Positions 9,874 through 17,964 of a stretch of 64,000 nt of DNA are shown here, piece after piece (the stretch's first letter is position 1; every line of letters starts with the position of its first letter). The DNA is from a virus. Taxonomy: Duplodnaviria > Caudoviricetes. The notes below the pieces were generated by a model that saw only the letters and a program-made list of their open reading frames with translations, searched no databases and was not told the origin of the DNA. The stretch lies in the IMG/VR virus record IMGVR_UViG_3300040811_001959; one strand, given 5' to 3'. A program made the position numbers and the translations under genes.

Positions 9874-11500
9874 ATTTTTGTTGATATAATTGAATTGTAA
9901 GACTATTTGATAACAATTGTTCTTTAAACTGCTGGAATAAATCTTTGGCAATTAGATAATTTTCTTCACTACAAAAATCTAATACATCATTGTTTTGTAA
10001 TAATTCTTTTCTTTTTTCAATATCATAAAGTTTATTATGAAAAACAGGAACCAAAAAATCATATTCATTAATAAAATTAAAAAGTTTATTTTCGGTATGG
10101 TAATAGACATGAAAAAAACGCCAGTAATTTATTTTAAAAGACATTGTTTCGTCTATTCCTGTTGTAATTTCAGTAGAATTTGGATTATATATATTTTTAC
10201 AATCTTTCCAAAAATTAGCAGAATTATTAGTCCAAGTATATAATAAAGACAAATCTGAAATTTCTTTAAAAAAATTAGAGTAAGTTTCATTAAATTCTAA
10301 AGTTTTCAACATCAATGTTTCTTCATCTATACTAAAACAATCATCTTCCGTGTCGTTATCGCTTTCAATTAAAATATTAATTAGCGATTCTATCTGTTTT
10401 ACAATTAGATTTAAGGGATCAATAAAAATAGGTTCAATAATCGATGAAGCATTACCTAACGCTATGCAATTTTTGTTAAGAATTTTATCTATTGATCCTA
10501 TGTTTAAATCTATAATTTGATATTTCTCAATTTTCAAATTAAGATGATTTTCTAACTCTGACAGCGCATCTTCGTCACTGATATAATTTTGTGCATAAAC
10601 ATAAGAATACCTTGTGCAGTTTTGTAATGGAATTTGATATACATAACCTGCTGATAAAGGATAAAAATCTTTCCAAATTTTTTCTAATGCAATATCACTT
10701 TCATATGAAATTACTTTATTCACTTTATGCGTAGGAAATAACCAAAAATTATAAAAAGAAAAATTTGTAACAACATCTCTATGAATTCCTGTGCAATCTA
10801 TAACAAAATCACAGTCATAAACATCATTTGTTCCTTTAACTTGGATAATAGTTTCGTCTTCTTCTTGAATTAGTTGTTGGTAATAATCGTCTATTACCTC
10901 AACATCTTGCTGTAAAGCTAATCTTTTAATATATGGCAATAGTTTTTCACTTGTGTAGGTGATTGCAATTGATCTGTCTTTATTGTCAAATAAATTCATT
11001 AAACTAGCAATATCTAAATCTGGAATTTTATCTTCGGTAAAAAATGATGTAATTTCTGAAAAATTAATTTTTTTTTCGTCATTTAATAGTCTATTAAGAT
11101 AGGATCGTTTCCATGTCTTATTAAACTTCTCGACTTCATCATTTGGATCTATTTCATCTTGATCAGCGTTGTCTTCAGTTTTTTCTGGCCAATGAATTTC
11201 ATCAATTTTCATAAAATTCATAGAATTACTATGTACAAAAATTTCGTCTGTAGTATTCCAATTATTATACCTTGACCCAAAGTTAATAACTCCTTGGGTT
11301 TCTTGGAATAAGTCTTTTATGTCTAAATATTCAATTAAGTTTTTTGTAAGGTATAAAGTTCCTTCTTGTATATCATTACCTTCAAGAATAGGCTGATTTA
11401 TAATTTTAATTTCAAGAAATGGTAATTGCGTTTTTAATATATAAGCGGTTAACCAACCTTCAAGACCTGATCCAACAATAATGATCTTTTTTAATCTCAT
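9851..11500 (-). CDS. Flavin-dependent oxidoreductase, tryptophan-halogenase fold
   Basis: IVGSGLEG (GxGxxG), FVIDCTG, GNASSIIEP. Halogenase-specific Lys and WxWxIP appear replaced. Confidence 0.8.
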   Translation of the reverse strand: MRLKKIIIVGSGLEGWLTAYILKTQLPFLEIKIINQPILEGNDIQEGTLYLTKNLIEYLDIKDLFQETQGVINFGSRYNNWNTTDEIFVHSNSMNFMKIDEIHWPEKTEDNADQDEIDPNDEVEKFNKTWKRSYLNRLLNDEKKINFSEITSFFTEDKIPDLDIASLMNLFDNKDRSIAITYTSEKLLPYIKRLALQQDVEVIDDYYQQLIQEEDETIIQVKGTNDVYDCDFVIDCTGIHRDVVTNFSFYNFWLFPTHKVNKVISYESDIALEKIWKDFYPLSAGYVYQIPLQNCTRYSYVYAQNYISDEDALSELENHLNLKIEKYQIIDLNIGSIDKILNKNCIALGNASSIIEPIFIDPLNLIVKQIESLINILIESDNDTEDDCFSIDEETLMLKTLEFNETYSNFFKEISDLSLLYTWTNNSANFWKDCKNIYNPNSTEITTGIDETMSFKINYWRFFHVYYHTENKLFNFINEYDFLVPVFHNKLYDIEKRKELLQNNDVLDFCSEENYLIAKDLFQQFKEQLLSNSLTIQLYQQKYELASKI

Positions 11501-12198
11501 GCTTCCTCAATTTTTTGTATTATATCGTTGATATCCTTCAATGAATGTGATATCGGTACGTTTGATAATTTATTATGTAGATTCAAATTATTTTTCTTTA
11601 TATCAGTATTATCATTTTTTAAAAGTCTAGTCATATTAATTTTATTTCTTACCTTATTATAAAACATTACAAGGAAAATAGGATAGTATGTCATATTTTT
11701 ACAAAAAAAAGCTTCTTGCTGGAAAAATAAAAAATCACCAGGATTAACAACACATTTTGAAATATTTTTATTATCACTGGTATAATATATAGATTCTATA
11801 TTTAAAGGAACTAGACAAAAATTATCAGAATATTTTAAAAGTTTTGTTTTTCTAAACCTTTCCGGAGTAACTATATTTTTAATACCATTGTCAATATAAT
11901 CTAGACTTGTTGATAAATCAAGAAATTGGATATCTTCTAAATATATGTCAGTATTAATTTGCAAAATATTATTGTAAATGGTTCTAATGATATCAATTAT
12001 AGGATCAATACAAAAAATAATTGAATAACTATTTGTTTCTGTAATTTTTCTGACAATACCATTAGCAAGTAGTCGCACGTCATCTAATTCCTGTTGAATT
12101 CTATGTTTATTAAAATCATGAACTGACCTTATTATATCAAAAAAATATTTAAGACGTGTTACATCTTTTTTAGATAACAATTGTTTTTCATATAGCAT
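11497..12198 (-). CDS. Hypothetical protein (possible degenerate oxygenase fold)
   Basis: 233 aa, 4-nt overlap in the operon; VNPGDFLFF resembles a cupin/DSBH strand. Confidence 0.55.
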   Translation of the reverse strand: MLYEKQLLSKKDVTRLKYFFDIIRSVHDFNKHRIQQELDDVRLLANGIVRKITETNSYSIIFCIDPIIDIIRTIYNNILQINTDIYLEDIQFLDLSTSLDYIDNGIKNIVTPERFRKTKLLKYSDNFCLVPLNIESIYYTSDNKNISKCVVNPGDFLFFQQEAFFCKNMTYYPIFLVMFYNKVRNKINMTRLLKNDNTDIKKNNLNLHNKLSNVPISHSLKDINDIIQKIEEA

Positions 12199-13855
12199 TA
12201 TTACTTGCCCTTAATCGTTTGAATGGAACATGTTCTATATAAGTTTCAAAGTATTCTCCATTTTTTGATGTAATTTGTCCTACATTACCATAGTTCGGAG
12301 TCTCTAAAATTAATAAATTTAAAAATTCATCAAAAGTAAAATAGCCATTAAAGTAAAAATTTTCTTTTACATTAATTTCAAGATATAATGCTAACCTATC
12401 AAACACGTTGCTGCTTGAAAAATCAAAATCAAATGCAGTAATGTTACCAAGTTGAGCTGCTAAAATTATATAATCAATTACACTATTTGGGTCTTTGTCG
12501 TAGGAATTGCCAAAAGTAATTTCATTATTAAAATCTGTACTAAAACTAGGTACTTTATCATTAAAATTAGTTTTTAATGTATCTGGTGTATTATTAAAAA
12601 TTCCATAACCTTGCAAATTGTTATCCTGCAATAAATAAAAACTAAATTTCTTAAGATTTTTGTTAAAATTTTCCCATTTATGTTGAAGTGAATCAATGTA
12701 TTGATATAAATTTGCTGGATCGATTATGGAAGAATTAATCGTTGATACAATTGTATCTATATAAATATTAGCTGCCACTAACTCTTCGTTAAATATAGGA
12801 TTCAAACCTAATTTTTCTAAATTAAATTCTATATAATTAGAATGATTTAGATCATTAATTAAAAAATTATTTTGAAGTGTATTAATATTATTGACATTAT
12901 TGCTAAATGATATTTTTTTTGCATAATCTTGATATTTTAAAATTTTAACAAATTTATTATCTAAAAGCTGGTTATTATAGATTGCTGGTTCAAGAAAATC
13001 AATTTGTTCATCTTCATAACCAGAAAAAATTATTGTAGGATTTGTAGTAGTAAGTTCTTTATCACTTTCTATAAAATTATTAAAAAATAGATTATTTATA
13101 CCTGTATTAATCACCAAATCTACATTAAAAGATTGACTACTAGTCGTAATTTGTGTTATATTTTTTTTATTTTTTCCATCTAATACTGGTAGGATTTCAG
13201 TTGATCCATCTACTATATTATCAGTTATAATGTCTAACCCTAATTCTGATATTTTGTTATCTAGAAGAAGAGCAAGATTATCTAAATCATAACATCCTGG
13301 CATTCTAAACCATAAAGGACCTGCAGATCCTTCGGTTAGAAATTTGCCGGTGAGATGATATAAATTATCATTATTTTTATATAAATCATATGGAAAGATT
13401 GTAAGCACATCAAGGATATTTTTATTTTTTTGTAGTAGATATTCTATAAAAGCTTGATATTTTCTTTCTGTTGAATCAAATTTTAAAAAATCATATTTTG
13501 TACAATAATAGTTTAATAAACTAAATTGTAACTGTGTCATCCTAGCTGGTAATATTATCTCATTTTCTATTATACCTTCAAAAGAAATTCCATGCCCGAC
13601 TGTGCTCTTTGTTTGTGTAAAAATCTCTGCAACGCTTATATTACAATGTTTAAAAAACAACGAAGGAAAGGAATATTGTTCAGCTACAGGTAGATATTGA
13701 TTTGAAATTATTTGTGTTCTGAAACTTTCATTATTAGTAAATAATATTGGATTACTTTGCGGATTATTTATCTTCAAGGATAATGCAATCACCTTTGCAG
13801 CAAATGTATTTCCTAATACTGCAATATTTTTTATTGCCATTTTGATCCTATACAA
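12188..13855 (-). CDS. Degenerate tryptophan-halogenase-fold protein
   Basis: IKNIAVLGNTFAA (broken GxGxxG), TKSTVGHGISF, VDLVINTG; size and layout similar to 9851..11500. Confidence 0.55.
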   Translation of the reverse strand: MYRIKMAIKNIAVLGNTFAAKVIALSLKINNPQSNPILFTNNESFRTQIISNQYLPVAEQYSFPSLFFKHCNISVAEIFTQTKSTVGHGISFEGIIENEIILPARMTQLQFSLLNYYCTKYDFLKFDSTERKYQAFIEYLLQKNKNILDVLTIFPYDLYKNNDNLYHLTGKFLTEGSAGPLWFRMPGCYDLDNLALLLDNKISELGLDIITDNIVDGSTEILPVLDGKNKKNITQITTSSQSFNVDLVINTGINNLFFNNFIESDKELTTTNPTIIFSGYEDEQIDFLEPAIYNNQLLDNKFVKILKYQDYAKKISFSNNVNNINTLQNNFLINDLNHSNYIEFNLEKLGLNPIFNEELVAANIYIDTIVSTINSSIIDPANLYQYIDSLQHKWENFNKNLKKFSFYLLQDNNLQGYGIFNNTPDTLKTNFNDKVPSFSTDFNNEITFGNSYDKDPNSVIDYIILAAQLGNITAFDFDFSSSNVFDRLALYLEINVKENFYFNGYFTFDEFLNLLILETPNYGNVGQITSKNGEYFETYIEHVPFKRLRASNNAI

Positions 13856-14379
13856 AATGCAAACAAGTATTTTAATTGTGGTACAGAAACAGTATCAATT
13901 ATATATTTTTGAAAGCTGTTAAATACTACAATGGCACCAGTTTTTTGATAAAAAATCTTATCAATCTCACTTTGACTTCCATTAGGTGCGATTAGTTTAA
14001 TTTTTCCACCAGCAATATCTGGATCAAAAGGAGGATTTAAATTTATGATAGCTACAAGTTTTCTATCATAATAATTCTGCACCCAATGGTTTAATTCCAT
14101 TCGTTCTGAAAATGATCCGTCTTTTGAATATGATTCTAATCTAATTGCATCGATGCTATTAATTGAATAACCAAAATTATTATTATTTGCTTTTTGGAAA
14201 TAATAATAAATTGCATCTTCTATATCAGAAATGTAACCACCACCGTACCATTTGACATCTACATTTTTACCTTTACCACTAGATAGATTACTTTTAACTT
14301 GTAAATTTTCAATAATATTTAGAAATTCTGGTACTACATTTTCAACAGCACCAGGAAAGGTTATATGATCGTAAAGCAT
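13831..14379 (-). CDS. 2OG-Fe(II) oxygenase-fold protein lacking HxD/H
   Basis: YDRKLVAIINL...GGKI...GAIVVFNSF...IGSKW frame; metal ligands not present. Confidence 0.7.
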   Translation of the reverse strand: MLYDHITFPGAVENVVPEFLNIIENLQVKSNLSSGKGKNVDVKWYGGGYISDIEDAIYYYFQKANNNNFGYSINSIDAIRLESYSKDGSFSERMELNHWVQNYYDRKLVAIINLNPPFDPDIAGGKIKLIAPNGSQSEIDKIFYQKTGAIVVFNSFQKYIIDTVSVPQLKYLFAFCIGSKWQ

Positions 14380-14384
14380 AATAT

Positions 14385-14972
14385 TTATTTCAATTTAGGA
14401 CCTACAATATCGAATGTAAGAACTTGCATAGCTCCTTGTAATAATGGATTTATTTTTATAGGTACAAAAGATGGATAAATTAACAAATTACCTTGCTCAT
14501 TATAATATTTAGGTAGTGATATGCCATATAAAGGGTCTACTAAGAATTGCCCACCTTCATATTTTTGTTTATCACTTAGAAAAACATAACCAGTTAGTTT
14601 TTGGTCACAGGACTCATTTGAAAAAAAATCTAATCTTGAATGGTATCCGTACTCACAACCTTGCTGGAAGGTTATTAATCTTGGATCGTTTTCAAATCCC
14701 CAAATTTCATATCCATAATTTCTAGTATTGCAATCAAAAATATATTTTAATATTTTTTCTTCTAAATGCAGTTGATTTTCAATTGTGTAAGACTCAAAGT
14801 TTTGTTTAGGTGTTCTCGGATTTGTAACTGGATTGGGTTCTATGTTGACAATATCATTGTCGATTTGCAATTCGCAAATTTCAGCGCATTCGTCGCTATA
14901 GAATATTTTAGGATATATAGTAAAACATTCTTTTTTAAGAAGAGAAGAATAGTCATATTCCATTATATTCAT
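14385..14972 (-). CDS. 2OG-Fe(II) oxygenase-fold protein, degenerate triad
   Basis: GYHSR...KLTGYVFLS..YEGGQF...GNLLIYPSF...GPKLK; Asp and distal His missing. Confidence 0.75.
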   Translation of the reverse strand: MNIMEYDYSSLLKKECFTIYPKIFYSDECAEICELQIDNDIVNIEPNPVTNPRTPKQNFESYTIENQLHLEEKILKYIFDCNTRNYGYEIWGFENDPRLITFQQGCEYGYHSRLDFFSNESCDQKLTGYVFLSDKQKYEGGQFLVDPLYGISLPKYYNEQGNLLIYPSFVPIKINPLLQGAMQVLTFDIVGPKLK

Positions 14973-14987
14973 TATAACTCTTTATGT

Positions 14988-15695
14988 TTATAGGTTTTCT
15001 ATTTTTTCTAATAAAATCGGAATTTGTTCAATGTAAATTAAACCCTTTAATTTATTTCCGTCTTTTTCTAGAATATTTATTAGGTCTGGTAAAATATTTT
15101 CTGCCTCTTGAGCAAATTGATCTAGCAAAACTTTTTCATCGTCAGTAATATCATTGTCATTTTCTATCAAACTTTCAATATCAAGCCCTTTATCTATATA
15201 ATCTATTATAATCTCTTGTAAAGATTTTAATTTTTCTACGCTAAGTTGATCTATAATAAATCCATCGGAGTCTTTTCCTAAATTAAATGAACATTTACAT
15301 TTACCACACCAACATTTACAAGCACATTTGCATTTACATTGGCACTTGCATGCACATTTGCATTTACATTGGCACTTGCATGCACAAAGGCACTTGCACT
15401 TACACTTGCACTTGCATTTGCATTTGCACTGGCACTTGCATTTGCAATTGCAGTTGGTTGTATATTCTATCCTTAGTGTACCTTCTGATCCTGCTACATT
15501 ATTCCGTATTTGATAAATTTTGTTAATAGCAGCGCCGGTAAATGGACCATTGCTAGGAGTTGGAACTAGAGACACTCCATTTAATAACCAACTTGGACTC
15601 ACAAAAGAAGCAGGAATAGTTGTAGGATCTACATTACTAATATCAATTTTATCTGCCGGATCACCTACAACGGTATTTCCAATTTTTAATGCCAT
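14988..15695 (-). CDS. Poly-(Cys-X) repeat protein, putative virion/tail-tip protein or RiPP-like substrate
   Basis: About 81-aa N-terminal domain, a 54-aa tract with 27 Cys (25 consecutive CX, mostly CK), then an acidic C-terminal domain; TAAATA promoter at 15714-15719. Confidence 0.8.
   Translation of the reverse strand: MALKIGNTVVGDPADKIDISNVDPTTIPASFVSPSWLLNGVSLVPTPSNGPFTGAAINKIYQIRNNVAGSEGTLRIEYTTNCNCKCKCQCKCKCKCKCKCKCLCACKCQCKCKCACKCQCKCKCACKCWCGKCKCSFNLGKDSDGFIIDQLSVEKLKSLQEIIIDYIDKGLDIESLIENDNDITDDEKVLLDQFAQEAENILPDLINILEKDGNKLKGLIYIEQIPILLEKIENL
15291..15452 (-). repeat. Low-complexity TGY-NNN (Cys-X) coding repeat with a 30-nt tandem duplication
   Basis: tgtgcatgcaagtgccaatgtaaatgcaaa occurs twice (CACKCQCKCK). 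Synonymous TGT/TGC and AAA/AAG variation points to selection on the protein. Confidence 0.9.
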
Positions 15696-15713
15696 TATAA
15701 CCTCTGTTTGAAT

Positions 15714-15719
15714 TATTTA
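15714..15719 (-). promoter_or_regulatory. T4-type late promoter core (TAAATA) heading the Cys-repeat/modification operon
   Basis: The same hexamer lies about 5-30 nt upstream of at least 12 structural or late genes in this window. Confidence 0.7.
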
Positions 15720-15729
15720 TCTTTATGAT

Positions 15730-16326
15730 TTATGAGACCGTGATATAACTATTCACTGGATAGCTACATTGACAAGAATCCTCGACAGTAGTATCGTCGT
15801 AATAAGCTCCACTTCCACGATTATATGAACATACCATAGCACAATAGTAATTTGCAGTACCTATACAACAGCAAACTAAACAATTATTAACTATTGCAAA
15901 ACAAATTTGATTTGTGTATCCGCCTAATGTCCATCTGACGCCGGCTGTAACATCAAAGCATGTAAGGGTTCCTTGTGTAGCAGGTATATTACTACTGGGT
16001 TGCACATATGATCCGTAAGACGTAGTATTTGCACACATAAAAAAATCGCTGCCTTTACCAACATAAACATTAGTCACTGTATCAGCCCATGAGTCAAAAT
16101 CTCCACAAAAAATATCTAACAAAGTATATGTTCCTTGTGGATTTGAAAAAAAAGTTAAATCAGTTTCGGGATCTAATCCTAACACCCGTTGGCATGCCGC
16201 AATGCTTGGATTACAAACTATCAATTGTCCTGTTGTATGTTGCTTTCCTGGTGCTTGTGCGTTCCTTTCCGCTTGGGTGAGTCCTGCTTCTAAAATTATT
16301 ATCTTATCTCTAATTCTAAATGCCAA
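15730..16326 (-). CDS. Cys-rich putative virion protein
   Basis: 198 aa, 14 Cys including CLVCCC and CQC; MAFRI N-terminus like its neighbours. Confidence 0.7.
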   Translation of the reverse strand: MAFRIRDKIIILEAGLTQAERNAQAPGKQHTTGQLIVCNPSIAACQRVLGLDPETDLTFFSNPQGTYTLLDIFCGDFDSWADTVTNVYVGKGSDFFMCANTTSYGSYVQPSSNIPATQGTLTCFDVTAGVRWTLGGYTNQICFAIVNNCLVCCCIGTANYYCAMVCSYNRGSGAYYDDTTVEDSCQCSYPVNSYITVS

Positions 16327-16327
16327 T

Positions 16328-16771
16328 TTAATCTCCTATATAAACATACTTCACACTAGAATCTCCGTTGTAGTCACAAAATTTAATTAAATTTGCACAG
16401 CCTACCATATATGAATCATATACACACCTACTATAGTAATAAGGATTTTGGACAGTATTATAATATGGTGGTCCTGTGTGTTTAGGAGTCCGGGTATCAC
16501 AATACCTATGGCTATTTGCAACAGAAGAATGCGACCCTAATAAGAACGCTCTCCTGGATAGTCCGCATTTATCAATCGCAGTTCCTGTTGTGCTCCTAGT
16601 CCCTGAGGCTAAATAGGCAATAACTTTTGGACAGCGTAACCATACTTGATTATCGGTAAATGATGTGTTAGAATTCATTCCTTGCCCATACGGAACAATG
16701 GTATCTTTAAAATCTATTGATGTTGTTAAACCTACTGCATCTACAAGGACGCCGTTAATATAAAAAGCCAT
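16328..16771 (-). CDS. Putative virion protein
   Basis: 147 aa, MAFYING N-terminus, 6 Cys, Tyr-rich; AGGAGA RBS. Confidence 0.65.
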   Translation of the reverse strand: MAFYINGVLVDAVGLTTSIDFKDTIVPYGQGMNSNTSFTDNQVWLRCPKVIAYLASGTRSTTGTAIDKCGLSRRAFLLGSHSSVANSHRYCDTRTPKHTGPPYYNTVQNPYYYSRCVYDSYMVGCANLIKFCDYNGDSSVKYVYIGD

Positions 16772-17964
16772 TATGGTATTACCTTAAGTTTCAAACTACC
16801 AACATTTGAAAATGATTTAAAGCCAATTTTGATTTCTACATCGTCACCTACTTCTAAATCAAGCGCTCTATATAAAAATCTACCCCTACCGTTTTTTACA
16901 TTACATTTACGTTTACTCAAATAGCCTGCATTGGCCGAAACGTAAAAGTCAATATCTTTTTGAATTATATAGTGATCTGAAATTGTACCTTCTTTATCGC
17001 TTAAATTAGTAGGTGTTAAAATTTTAAGATCAGTCGTATTTAGATCCTCCAAGCAAAGTTTACTATCTATATGTTCATATGTAATTTTATCAGCATCTTC
17101 CGTAAGCAGAACTTCTTCATTATCATATAGACTTACATTGACTAAAATGACATCATCTTTAGATATTTCAAGAGGAGCGTGTAATTGAATTTTAGGTAAA
17201 GGAAGCTCTGCATAACTAGTAAGTAAAGGAAAAACATAAGCAAAGTTTGCCCCGCCGATTTCATTTGTACCTAATTTAAAATCAAAATGAAATTCTCCGT
17301 GACATCTAACGTAATAACTACATTCTGTAAAATCATCGTCTTTATCTAGTATGAAAATAGAAAAAAGTCTTTTCCTAAATTCGCCGCTAGTCCAGAAAGA
17401 TGCGCCCTCTGGTGTTGTCCTTATTAATTTTGGAGCTGTTACATAAGAACTATTAAGTTCATGCCTAACAAAAGGCGACTTTGTTATTACAGAATCAAAT
17501 AGGATATTTTTAGGATAAAACCAATTCATACCGTCAAAATTAAAATCAAACGCCCATAAGGCGCAATCGGACCATTCAACAAAAGTATTTTTATCAAATC
17601 CAACATTTTTATCAAACCCTCTATCATAGGTTGTTGTTCTTGTCAGTATTGAAATGTTACCATCTTGATCAAAAGCTCTGCGAATTTGTGCTCCGCCAAA
17701 ATACCTAAAATATTTTGACTGCACTGATGGTTCATAGAAAATTGAACCAGAAACCACCGACTCTAAGAAATTTGCATCCATATCAATATTATGATCTTGT
17801 AAGAACGAAACTCCATCTTTATTATCTATGAATAGTATGTTTTCTGGCAATTCATCATAGATTTCTTCATGAAAGGCTTTAATTGTAATTGTATTGGTAT
17901 CTACTTCTATTTTAAGAAATAAATTATCTAATAAATCATTTGTGGCCCTAAAATATTGTCGCAT
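16771..17964 (-). CDS. Hypothetical protein with C-terminal Ig-like beta domain; candidate chaperone for the Cys-rich tail proteins
   Basis: 397 aa, translationally coupled to the tail-fibre gene; ends AGYLSKRKCNVKNGRGRF...LEVGDDVEIKIGFK. Confidence 0.65.
   Translation of the reverse strand: MRQYFRATNDLLDNLFLKIEVDTNTITIKAFHEEIYDELPENILFIDNKDGVSFLQDHNIDMDANFLESVVSGSIFYEPSVQSKYFRYFGGAQIRRAFDQDGNISILTRTTTYDRGFDKNVGFDKNTFVEWSDCALWAFDFNFDGMNWFYPKNILFDSVITKSPFVRHELNSSYVTAPKLIRTTPEGASFWTSGEFRKRLFSIFILDKDDDFTECSYYVRCHGEFHFDFKLGTNEIGGANFAYVFPLLTSYAELPLPKIQLHAPLEISKDDVILVNVSLYDNEEVLLTEDADKITYEHIDSKLCLEDLNTTDLKILTPTNLSDKEGTISDHYIIQKDIDFYVSANAGYLSKRKCNVKNGRGRFLYRALDLEVGDDVEIKIGFKSFSNVGSLKLKVIP

Noticed and set aside
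9851-13855. Annotation as active tryptophan halogenases
   Set aside because: Catalytic Lys and WxWxIP appear absent, and the second copy also lacks GxGxxG.
15287-15526. His-rich ORF MHLHWHLHAHL... (15328..15513) and the CIY/CTC-rich ORF 15287..15526
   Set aside because: Opposite-strand readings of the Cys-X repeat. They lack an RBS or promoter and oppose a coherent minus-strand operon.
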